Shown: positions 40,753 to 49,254 of the stretch, one piece after another
How the letters are laid out: each line of letters starts with the position of its first letter
How positions within the stretch are numbered: position 1 is the first letter of the stretch
Source of the DNA: Flavobacteriales bacterium
GTDB lineage: Bacteria; Bacteroidota; Bacteroidia; CAIKAF01
NCBI GenBank assembly: GCA_022402535.1
Contig: JAKRSD010000020.1
Span: 221,341 to 285,340 of the forward strand
Direction: 5' to 3'
DNA length: 64,000 bases
Position numbers and translations under genes: made by a program
Notes under the pieces: model-generated
Databases searched by the model: none
Told to the model about the DNA's origin: nothing
The model's input: only the letters and a program-made list of their open reading frames with translations

Positions 40753-41994
40753 ATGATAGTAACAATTTTGTTTAGTCTTGTAATTCTTCTTACACTCATC
40801 AGCGTAGGAAAACTACTGAGCATAGGTGAGCTGATAAACAGAGTAAGAAATCGGGAGTCATATAAAATCACCGAAAGCGAAAATAACTGGAATGCTCTGC
40901 TGGCTTTATTCATGCTCTTTTTTGGGTACTTAATTTACTTCTACTTTCATTTTGAATATGTAGAAGGAGGAAAATTATTACCTGGTGCCGCATCGGTTCA
41001 CGGTGAAGCTATCGATAAACTACAAACCGTATCGTTTGTAATCATTTCCATCGCTTATCTCTTGGTACAACCAATTTTATGGTTTTTTGCTTTCAAATAC
41101 CGCTATAAAGAAGGGAATAAAGCCTATCACTATGCCCACAATAACAAGCTGGAAATGGTGTGGACTGTAATTCCTGCCATTGTATTTTGCGGTTTGATTT
41201 TTTATGGATTAAAAATTTGGAATGATACCCTTGGTAAAGAAATAGAAGGCGATAAACTTACTGTGGAATTGTATGCTAAACAATTTGATTGGACTGCTCG
41301 CTATGCGGGAAAAGATAAAGAATTAGGGGATGCAAATTATACGATGATTAATGACTTAAACAGTTTAGGAATCATTACTTCAGAAACGTTAGAAGTACAA
41401 TTTGAAAATATCAATACAAAACGTAACGAAGTACTTGCCAAACTAAACAACTTCCCCATTAAATCGGAATTAGCCGAACTAAAAAAGGAACTAACCCAAT
41501 ATAATCATCAATTACAGATGATTAACGGTTTAATCAAGAAGAATGAAGAGGCTAAATTTATTAAAGCGTATGATGACATCGTTATTGCTCCAGGCGGTGA
41601 AATTCACTTCCCGGTAGGAAAACCGATTGAACTCAAAATGCGTTCACAGGATGTAATTCACAGCGCATACATGCCTCATTTTCGTGTTCACATGTACTGT
41701 GTACCCGGTATGACAACCACATTTGGTTTCATTCCAACCATTACGAGTGCAGAGATGAAAGAAAAATTAAACAACCCTGCTTTTGATTATGTACTTTACT
41801 GTAACAATATCTGTGGTGCTGCTCACTTCAACATGCAAATGAAAATTGTGATTGAAACCGAAGAAGAATACGAAAGATGGCTTAAGAAACAGCCAACCTT
41901 TGCCGATTCATTCAACACAAAACCTGCTGAAGAAGCTCCCGCTGCAACAGATAGCACTAGCACAACGACTTCAGAGCCTGTAGCCAAACTATAA
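40753..41994 (+). CDS. coxB: Cytochrome c oxidase subunit II
   Basis: HNNKLEMVWTVIP, KQFDW, DVIHS, CNNICGAAHFNM CuA motif. Confidence 0.93.
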   Translation: MIVTILFSLVILLTLISVGKLLSIGELINRVRNRESYKITESENNWNALLALFMLFFGYLIYFYFHFEYVEGGKLLPGAASVHGEAIDKLQTVSFVIISIAYLLVQPILWFFAFKYRYKEGNKAYHYAHNNKLEMVWTVIPAIVFCGLIFYGLKIWNDTLGKEIEGDKLTVELYAKQFDWTARYAGKDKELGDANYTMINDLNSLGIITSETLEVQFENINTKRNEVLAKLNNFPIKSELAELKKELTQYNHQLQMINGLIKKNEEAKFIKAYDDIVIAPGGEIHFPVGKPIELKMRSQDVIHSAYMPHFRVHMYCVPGMTTTFGFIPTITSAEMKEKLNNPAFDYVLYCNNICGAAHFNMQMKIVIETEEEYERWLKKQPTFADSFNTKPAEEAPAATDSTSTTTSEPVAKL

Positions 41995-42043
41995 TTAGCA
42001 TAAATTGTTTCATACTTTTGAATATTAAAAATACGAATTGTCC

Positions 42044-43867
42044 ATGGCAGAAAGTTTAAATATCCCCGGAGTAGAATCGCACGCTCATGCCCATGAACAT
42101 CATGATGCACATCACGATCATCATGAGACCTTCCTGACAAAGTATATCTTTAGTCAGGATCATAAAATGATTGCCAAACAGTTTTTGGTTACATCCATCT
42201 TTATGGCATTTGTGGCATTCATCATGTCATTGTTTTTCCGTCTTCAACTTGCCTGGCCAAACCAGCCTTTTGAAATCATGGATATTTTCCTTGGGAAATG
42301 GTCCGATAACGGAATATTAGATCCGAATTTCTACCTTTCCTTAGTAACCATGCACGGTACCATCATGGTATTCTTTGTACTTACAGCGGGACTAACAGGT
42401 ACTTATGCTAACTTATTGATTCCTTACCAACTTGGGGTAAGAGATATGGTAAGCCCATTCATGAACATGCTTTCATTTTGGTTTTTTGCCGTATCTACAA
42501 TCATCATGTTGGTTTCCATTTTTGTAGAGTCCGGACCTGCTTCATCCGGTTGGACAATTTATCCTCCATTAAGTGCTTTACCTCAAGCCATTCCAGGCTC
42601 AGGTTTGGGAATGACTCTTTGGTTAGTTTCCATGGCGTTGTTCATTATTTCGTCTCTGTTAGGAGCGTTAAACTATGTGGCTACCGTGATTAACTGCCGT
42701 ACAAAAGGCATGAAAATGACCCGTATGCCACTTACCGTATGGACATTTATGACGGCGGCCATTCTGGGTATATTATCTTTCCCTGTACTTTTAGCGGCTG
42801 CACTCTTATTAATTTTTGACAGAAGCTTCGGTACTGCCTTTTTCTTGTCTGATATTTTTATCAGCGGACAAGCACTTGAGCAAACCGGTGGTTCTCCTGT
42901 ATTGTTCCAACACCTTTTCTGGTTCCTTGGTCACCCCGAAGTTTATATTGTACTTCTTCCTGCTTTGGGTATTGCTTCTGAAATTATTGCAACCATGTCG
43001 CGTAAACCGATTTTTGGTTACCGTGCTATGATTGCATCAGTTTTAGCGATTGCATTCCTTTCATTCATTGTATGGGGTCACCATATGTTTGTAACAGGTA
43101 TGGATCCTTTCCTTGGTTCAGTGTTCACCTTTACTACGCTTTTGATTGCCATACCGTCAGCGATTAAGGCCTTTAACTATATAACCACGCTATGGAAAGG
43201 AAATGTTATTCTTTCTCCGGGTATGTTGTTTGCCATTGGTATCGTATCTATGTTTATTTCCGGTGGTCTTACGGGAATTATTCTTGGAGACTCTGCGTTA
43301 GACATAAACGTACACCACACATACTTTGTAGTAGCACACTTTCACTTAGTAATGGGCGTAGCGGCATTGTTTGGTATTATTGCCGGTGTATACCACTGGT
43401 TTCCTAAATTATATGGAAGAATGATGAACAATAAATTAGGATATGTTCACTTCTGGATAACCATTATATCTGCTTATGGTGTGTTCTGGCCAATGCACTA
43501 TCTGGGACTTGCGGGTGTGCCCCGTAGATATTACAGCAATACAGCTTTCCCTATGTTTGATTCATTACAAGACATAAATGTGCTGATTACCATTTTCGTA
43601 ATTATAGGGGGAACAGCCCAACTTATCTTCCTTTACAATTTCATTTACAGTATTTTCAAAGGGCCTAAAGCACCACAAAATCCATGGAGAGCTACCACTC
43701 TGGAATGGACTACACCGGTAGAACACATTCACGGTAACTGGCCCGGTGAAATTCCCGAGGTTCACCGCTGGCCTTATGACTATAGTGTACCTGGAGCAGA
43801 TGAAGACTTTATTCCTCAGAATGTTCCGCTTTCTGAAAAAGAAAAAGCAGAAAATACACATCACTAA
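42044..43867 (+). CDS. coxA: Cytochrome c oxidase subunit I (A-type)
   Basis: DHKMI, TMHGTIM, GWTIYPPL, GHPEVY, WGHHM, VAHFH, PRRY. Confidence 0.97.
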   Translation: MAESLNIPGVESHAHAHEHHDAHHDHHETFLTKYIFSQDHKMIAKQFLVTSIFMAFVAFIMSLFFRLQLAWPNQPFEIMDIFLGKWSDNGILDPNFYLSLVTMHGTIMVFFVLTAGLTGTYANLLIPYQLGVRDMVSPFMNMLSFWFFAVSTIIMLVSIFVESGPASSGWTIYPPLSALPQAIPGSGLGMTLWLVSMALFIISSLLGALNYVATVINCRTKGMKMTRMPLTVWTFMTAAILGILSFPVLLAAALLLIFDRSFGTAFFLSDIFISGQALEQTGGSPVLFQHLFWFLGHPEVYIVLLPALGIASEIIATMSRKPIFGYRAMIASVLAIAFLSFIVWGHHMFVTGMDPFLGSVFTFTTLLIAIPSAIKAFNYITTLWKGNVILSPGMLFAIGIVSMFISGGLTGIILGDSALDINVHHTYFVVAHFHLVMGVAALFGIIAGVYHWFPKLYGRMMNNKLGYVHFWITIISAYGVFWPMHYLGLAGVPRRYYSNTAFPMFDSLQDINVLITIFVIIGGTAQLIFLYNFIYSIFKGPKAPQNPWRATTLEWTTPVEHIHGNWPGEIPEVHRWPYDYSVPGADEDFIPQNVPLSEKEKAENTHH

Positions 43868-43886
43868 ACTTTATACAAAACTCAAT

Positions 43887-43917
43887 AAAAGGCTAACTTA
43901 AAAAGTTAGCCTTTTTT
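43887..43917 (+). terminator. Terminator of the act-cox operon
   Basis: AAAAGGCTAACTT-AAA-AAGTTAGCCTTTTTT. Confidence 0.88.
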
Positions 43918-43960
43918 GTTTTATAATTTTCTGTAGATTAGTGCATTAATTATCCTAACC

Positions 43961-44869
43961 ATGAATTATCAAACAACTCCGCCCCAATTAAATTTCAGAA
44001 AACAACCTAAAGTTTCTCAGGCAAATATTATTGCTGTTTTGCCACAAGGCCAAAGAGTAGAAAAAATAAGCGGAGGAACTACGGGATGGTGGAAAGTTAA
44101 AACAGAAATCGGCGGTAATACAGTTGAAGGCTATGTTTCTTCTTCTTATCTAAAAAAAATAAATGTCAAAGAATCAACCCCAGAACCTGAAATCATTTCA
44201 AGTAAAAAAATTCCAGCTGTTCATTTAAAAGAAAACGATCCGAGTGTTAAACGATCTAATACACGATGGGCATTTCCATTAGGTGAACCGGATATGCCAC
44301 GCAGAAAAACCGGAAATATTGAAGAAAAAATAAAATCAATTCATGAAGTTATCCAATTCCTGAATGTAGAAAAAAGTGCACGATATCAGCCTAAAACGTC
44401 CAGTACATACTGTAATATTTATGCATATGATTACAGTTATTTAACAGGTGCTTATATTCCAAGAGTTTGGTGGAGAAGTAAAGCCATAGAAAACTTAAGA
44501 AAAGGAGAAAAAGTTCAAGCGCTTTACGGAACAACTTTACAAGAGATGAATGCCAATGCGTTATTTAACTGGTTTGTGGATTATGGAAAAGAATTTAAAT
44601 GGAAACGTGTATTTGATTTAGAAACGTTGCAATTAGAAGCTAATAAGGGTAAAGTTTGTATAATCTGTGCAATAAGGGTAAACCAGAACGAATCCGGACA
44701 CATCGTGGCAGTAGTTCCAGAAACAAACGCACATAAAGCCTTACGTGTGGATAGCAAGGTTTCCATACCTCTGCAAAGTCAGGCGGGAAGAAATAACAAA
44801 AAGTACTTTACCCAAAACTGGTGGTCAAATTCCAAATATCGTGAGTTTGGTTTTTGGGTTCATGAATAA
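43961..44869 (+). CDS. SH3b domain + CHAP/NlpC-like putative cell-wall hydrolase
   Basis: LNFRKQP...GWWKV...GYVSSSYL SH3b; TYCNIYAYDY (Cys) and GHIVAV (His). Confidence 0.7.
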   Translation: MNYQTTPPQLNFRKQPKVSQANIIAVLPQGQRVEKISGGTTGWWKVKTEIGGNTVEGYVSSSYLKKINVKESTPEPEIISSKKIPAVHLKENDPSVKRSNTRWAFPLGEPDMPRRKTGNIEEKIKSIHEVIQFLNVEKSARYQPKTSSTYCNIYAYDYSYLTGAYIPRVWWRSKAIENLRKGEKVQALYGTTLQEMNANALFNWFVDYGKEFKWKRVFDLETLQLEANKGKVCIICAIRVNQNESGHIVAVVPETNAHKALRVDSKVSIPLQSQAGRNNKKYFTQNWWSNSKYREFGFWVHE

Positions 44870-44870
44870 C

Positions 44871-47015
44871 TTATCTGACTTCAGATCCCGGATTTATCAT
44901 GGTTTCAGATTTTACAAAAACCAGTTTACCATCCGCATCTTCTGCCATTAATATCATTCCCTGAGATTCAATTCCACGCATTTTTCTAGGGGCAAGATTT
45001 ACTAGGACTGTTACCTGTTTACCAATCACTTCTTCCGGCGTAAAATGTTCGGCAATTCCACTCAGAATGGTCCGTGTATCAATCCCTGTATTAACAGAAA
45101 GTTTGAGCAGTTTGTCGGCTTTAGGCACTTTTTCAGCATGAATAATCGTGCCTATGCGAATATCAATTTTTGAAAAATCATCAAACTGTATTTCGGGTTT
45201 GGAGGGAGAAATTAATTCCTTTTTTTGAGTTTGTGTAGAAATTGAGCCCTGTTTTCGATTCGTTTCTAATTTCTCTAGCTGAACAGAAATTTCATTTTCT
45301 TCCACCTTCTTAAAAAGTAATTCCAAAGGATTTAAAGAACCCGAAATATGCATGTAAGATTTATCTTTAAGTGATATCCACGATAATTCATTTAAATTAA
45401 GGGCAATTGCAAGCTTCTTGGACGTATGGGGCAAAAATGGAGCAATTAGAATTGCCAAAGCATTGGTTAATCTGGCTCCAACGAGCAAAGACTGTAAAGC
45501 AGCTTGTGGATTCTTTTTATAAGTCTTCCACGGCTCAGCCACTTGTAAAAATTTATTTCCGGCAGACGACAATTTCATGATTTCGGAAAGTGCAGCCCTA
45601 AATTCAAAATTTTCAATCTTAGAGGAAATTAATTCTATCTGTGTTTCAGAAAATGAATATAGCTCATCTTCTTCGGGCATTACATATAGAGGATTAGAAA
45701 CCGGAATTTTGCCATCGTTAAATTTATGAATAAGTACCATTACCCGATTCACAAAATTCCCCAGATTATTCACCAATTCATTATTCACCCTTGCCTGAAA
45801 ACTGTCCGTTGTATTATCCGTACCATCGTATTTCCAAATAAAATCATTGTCTTTGGTTTCGGGCATATTGGCCGTTAATACATACCTGAGTTCATCTTCT
45901 CTTCCGGGCATATCCTGCAGGTATTCATGCAGCCAAACCGCCCAATTTCGTGATGTAGAAATTTTATCCCCCTCCAGATTCAAAAATTCGTTGGCCGGCA
46001 CATTGGCAGGTAGTGTTAAATTCCCAAAAGACTTAAGCATGGAGGGAAAAATGATACAATGGAAAACAATGTTATCCTTTCCGATAAAATGAATCAAATT
46101 TGTTTTTCCTTCGGCCCAATAATCTTCCCAGGAGTTTCCCTTTACCCATTGTGGTTTTTGATTGGCTTTTTTATTGAAAAAATCTTTTGTGGCAGAAATA
46201 TAGCCGATTGGAGCATCAAACCAAACATATAGCATTTTACCTTCATGGCCTGGAATTTCAGCAGGAACGGGTACTCCCCATTTTAAATCGCGGGTTACAG
46301 CGCGAGGTTTGAGTTTATTTTCCCCTTCGCCCATCCAACTGAGACATTGACCCATTACGTTAGACTTCCACTCCCCTTTTTTACTCTCAATCCATTGCTT
46401 AAGCCATTCATCCTGATGTTTCCCTAAATCGATGTACCAATGCACGGTTTTACGTTTCACGGGTACAGCTCCTGATAGTTTAGATATAGGGTTGATTAAT
46501 TCTTCCGGGCTTAATGATTTACCGCATTTTTCACACTGATCGCCATAAGCATCGGGATTGGAGCAAGAAGGGCATGTTCCTACAATGTATCTGTCAGCCA
46601 AAAATTCATTGGCTTCCGGGTCAAAAAACTCTTCTGTCTCTTTTTCTATTAATTCCCCCTTTTTATACAAATCCAAAAAAAATGCGGAAGCAGTTTCTTT
46701 ATGTATATCTGCAGAAGTGCGGGAGTAAATATCAAAATCAATTCCGAAGGCATCGAAAGCGTTTTTCATGATAGCATGATATTTATCTACCACTTCCTGG
46801 GGGGATACACTCTCATTTTTAGCTTTTATGGTAATCGGAATACCATGTTCATCACTGCCACACACGAAAAGAACATCTTTACCCTTTAATCTCAGGTAAC
46901 GAACGTAAATATCAGCCGGTATGTAACAGCCTGCCAAATGACCGATATGTACGGGTCCGTTGGCATAAGGCAAAGCCGCGGTTACTGTGTAACGATTTAT
47001 GGTATTTGATTCCAA
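44871..47015 (-). CDS. metG: Methionine--tRNA ligase with C-terminal tRNA-binding domain
   Basis: ALPYANGPVHIGH, GSDEHG, Zn-knuckle CPSC/CEKC, KISTS, C-terminal OB domain; TTG 47015 preferred because TACCTTTG promoter lies at 47031-47038. Confidence 0.96.
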   Translation of the reverse strand: MESNTINRYTVTAALPYANGPVHIGHLAGCYIPADIYVRYLRLKGKDVLFVCGSDEHGIPITIKAKNESVSPQEVVDKYHAIMKNAFDAFGIDFDIYSRTSADIHKETASAFFLDLYKKGELIEKETEEFFDPEANEFLADRYIVGTCPSCSNPDAYGDQCEKCGKSLSPEELINPISKLSGAVPVKRKTVHWYIDLGKHQDEWLKQWIESKKGEWKSNVMGQCLSWMGEGENKLKPRAVTRDLKWGVPVPAEIPGHEGKMLYVWFDAPIGYISATKDFFNKKANQKPQWVKGNSWEDYWAEGKTNLIHFIGKDNIVFHCIIFPSMLKSFGNLTLPANVPANEFLNLEGDKISTSRNWAVWLHEYLQDMPGREDELRYVLTANMPETKDNDFIWKYDGTDNTTDSFQARVNNELVNNLGNFVNRVMVLIHKFNDGKIPVSNPLYVMPEEDELYSFSETQIELISSKIENFEFRAALSEIMKLSSAGNKFLQVAEPWKTYKKNPQAALQSLLVGARLTNALAILIAPFLPHTSKKLAIALNLNELSWISLKDKSYMHISGSLNPLELLFKKVEENEISVQLEKLETNRKQGSISTQTQKKELISPSKPEIQFDDFSKIDIRIGTIIHAEKVPKADKLLKLSVNTGIDTRTILSGIAEHFTPEEVIGKQVTVLVNLAPRKMRGIESQGMILMAEDADGKLVFVKSETMINPGSEVR

Positions 47016-47064
47016 AACGACAGATTTTTGCAAAGGTAACAGACCTTCTGAATATAAAGGAAAG

Positions 47065-47258
47065 TACAGAAAACGAAAAAGACTTTGTCATTTTGATTCA
47101 GTTGCGGATTGCCTTAAAGGATCCACGCCCAAAAACGACAAAGTCTTTTTCAACTCTCTCTTAGTTCAGGGTAGAACTAAAAAATGTCTTGGTGAAGAGG
47201 ACACAGAGAGGGCCCTTTTCATTAATCATAAGAAACTTCTAATTAATAAAAAATTAAG
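47065..47258 (-). ncRNA. Candidate structured small RNA between the LexA-like gene and metG
   Basis: TAAATTTG -7 box at 47265-47272 (minus); multi-stem domain 47154-47210; 15-bp perfect stem 47075-47089/47137-47151 followed by a U-rich tail. Confidence 0.5.
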
Positions 47259-47363
47259 GCGATTCAAATTTAGTACATTCAACCGGTACATTAAAACAAA
47301 ATAGTTGTTTTAACAAGAATTTTATGAAAATTACCTAATTCAGGGGATAAAAAAGGAAATTCA

Positions 47364-48179
47364 TCAAAATAGTTTACTTTGCACATCATTTAACTCTTTC
47401 TTCATTTCAGACATTTCACGTTGAATAGATAGTACGGTATTAGTGAGTTGTTTCTGATTTATATTGGGCTCAGGCAATACTTCACTGATATAATTAACGA
47501 ACTCCCAGATTTCCAGTATGTTATTTATTGAAACCTCATACGGCTGATATATGGGATTTGTAGAGCAAAGCAACAACGTGCCTGAGGATTCAATTCTATT
47601 AAATAATGTTTTAAAAACAATTCCATCCTCTTGTGTAACAACAATATAGGGCTTACCATCTTTAATATCAGACCAGTTTTCGACATATTTTCCGGTAACC
47701 CAAGAACCGTCGGAAACGGGTGGCATACTGTCGCCCGAAATTTGAAAAGCCCGGTATTTTCTTTCTTTACTTAAAAAAGGTAGCCTGAAAGTGGGCAATA
47801 TTTTAATAAACTCAGGGTCGGCAAAACCACCTGTGTACCCTGCTTTTGCTCTAACCGGCACAAGTTCAATATTTTCCTCTTCATCAGAATTAACTGTAGT
47901 GACTACTACCCGCAGATGTTTGCCGGCAATATCCACCTCTCCTGCAATCTCTAATTCTCTGATTTTACTTTCGGGAAAACGGCTGATGTCCTGCTTAATT
48001 AAGATATCAATGGGAATTTTAAAATACTCAGATATTTTAACTAGGGTTTCAAAACCCGGCTCAGAAACCCCTTGTTCATAGGCGCTCCATGTTGTACGTT
48101 TTACCCCTAAAGCGCCTGCGGATTCATCTTGTGAGCGATTTCTTCGCTTTCTAAGATACTTAAGATTTGCTGCGAACAT
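47364..48179 (-). CDS. XRE-HTH + S24 peptidase repressor (Bacteroidota LexA-like)
   Basis: NLKYLRK...TWSAYEQG HTH; AKAGY cleavage-site-like; ISGDSM Ser and VFKT Lys. Confidence 0.88.
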   Translation of the reverse strand: MFAANLKYLRKRRNRSQDESAGALGVKRTTWSAYEQGVSEPGFETLVKISEYFKIPIDILIKQDISRFPESKIRELEIAGEVDIAGKHLRVVVTTVNSDEEENIELVPVRAKAGYTGGFADPEFIKILPTFRLPFLSKERKYRAFQISGDSMPPVSDGSWVTGKYVENWSDIKDGKPYIVVTQEDGIVFKTLFNRIESSGTLLLCSTNPIYQPYEVSINNILEIWEFVNYISEVLPEPNINQKQLTNTVLSIQREMSEMKKELNDVQSKLF

Positions 48180-48241
48180 GATTATGACAATTTTTTTGGA
48201 GAAATATACGCCAAAAATTTAGTCAAAAAAGAGGAGAACAC

Positions 48242-48270
48242 AAAAAAGGGAGATGAAATTCATCTCCCTT
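48242..48270 (-). terminator. Terminator of sodA
   Basis: AAAAAAGGGAGATG-AAATT-CATCTCCCTT. Confidence 0.8.
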
Positions 48271-48290
48271 ACAAAGAATTATACGAAACA

Positions 48291-48902
48291 TTATTTCATC
48301 GCTGCTGAAAATCTTCTTGAAACTTCATCCCAATTAATCACATTCCAAAATGCGGATACATAATCAGGGCGACGATTCTGATAGTGCAGATAATAAGCAT
48401 GTTCCCATACATCAATACCAAGAATAGGAAGTCCTTTACATTCGGCAATGTCCATTAATGGATTATCCTGATTGGGGGTAGAACACACACAAAGTGACTT
48501 ATCGTCTTTCACACAAAGCCATGCCCATCCTGAACCGAAGCGGGTTGCTGCAGCTTGAGCAAACTGGGTTTTAAAATCTTCGAATGAACCAAACTGTTTA
48601 GTAATGGCTTCCGCCAACTCACCTTGAGGTGAACCTCCCGCATTGGGGGCCATAATGTTCCAAAACAGGCTGTGATTATAGTGACCACCGCCATTATTTC
48701 TTACAGCCATCGGATATTTTGAAATATTACGGCAGATTTCTTCAATAGAAAGGGATTCTGCCTCTGTGCCCGCTATGGCGTTATTTAGATTGGTTACATA
48801 CGCCTGATGATGCTTTGAATGATGGATTTCCATGGTACGTGCATCCACGTGGGGTTCTAGTGCCGCATATTCGTAAGGCAATTTTGGAAGTTCAAATGAC
48901 AT
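48291..48902 (-). CDS. sodA: Superoxide dismutase [Mn/Fe]
   Basis: [39 protein letters not shown]. Confidence 0.95.
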   Translation of the reverse strand: MSFELPKLPYEYAALEPHVDARTMEIHHSKHHQAYVTNLNNAIAGTEAESLSIEEICRNISKYPMAVRNNGGGHYNHSLFWNIMAPNAGGSPQGELAEAITKQFGSFEDFKTQFAQAAATRFGSGWAWLCVKDDKSLCVCSTPNQDNPLMDIAECKGLPILGIDVWEHAYYLHYQNRRPDYVSAFWNVINWDEVSRRFSAAMK

Positions 48903-49017
48903 ACTTTATTATTTATGGTTTAACATATTTAAAAGGTAAACAAAGGTAGCCAATATAGGTTTACTACAAACAGGTGGAGGCGGTAAATAAAATTGAGTGG
49001 TAAGAAAAGCGTGTGCT

Positions 49018-49121
49018 TATAATGAAAAAGCGAACTTCATAAACTGAAATCCGCCTTTTTCATTAACCCCTATTTCCCCTTAAATGCTTTTTTTACAAAA
49101 GTGTATTTTCTCTTGTAATTC
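49018..49121 (-). ncRNA. Candidate ~100-nt small RNA downstream of the TPR-LuxR regulator
   Basis: TACCTTTG at 49128-49135 (minus), no ATG ORF over 8 codons, terminator-like hairpin 49020-49065 with G-U pairs on the minus strand. Confidence 0.5.
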
Positions 49122-49166
49122 TTAATACAAAGGTATGGCGAGTAAAAGCCCCTTTAAAAATTTTAA

Positions 49167-49184
49167 CGGGACAAAACCGGGACA
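49167..49184. promoter_or_regulatory. Direct repeat CGGGACA-N4-CGGGACA (putative activator site)
   Basis: Two perfect 7-mers with 11-bp period, ~32 nt upstream of the -7 box. Confidence 0.5.
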
Positions 49185-49254
49185 TTTCTAAAAGCCTGTT
49201 TATATGAATATTGTGTCGCTTTTGAAGATTGAATCAACCGTGATTTTTTTATCC

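Noticed and set aside
32316..43867. ACIII-aa3 operon as an undescribed system
   Set aside because: Already characterised in Flavobacterium johnsoniae and Rhodothermus
47075..47210. Retron msr/msd or T-box/SAM riboswitch
   Set aside because: No reverse transcriptase in the window; no T-box, SAM-I or SAM-II consensus recognised; kept only as an unknown RNA candidate
46999..47304. 101-aa plus-strand ORF divergent from metG
   Set aside because: Overlaps the metG start and the structured region; no recognisable protein features
48180..48230. SOS box upstream of the LexA-like gene
   Set aside because: Only degenerate CCAA-N4-TTAG and CCAA-N5-TTGT matches; too weak to call
47161..49082. Base pairing between the UACCCU loop (47168-47173) and the GGGG motifs of the second sRNA candidate
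   Set aside because: Only about 5 bp of complementarity; expected by chance
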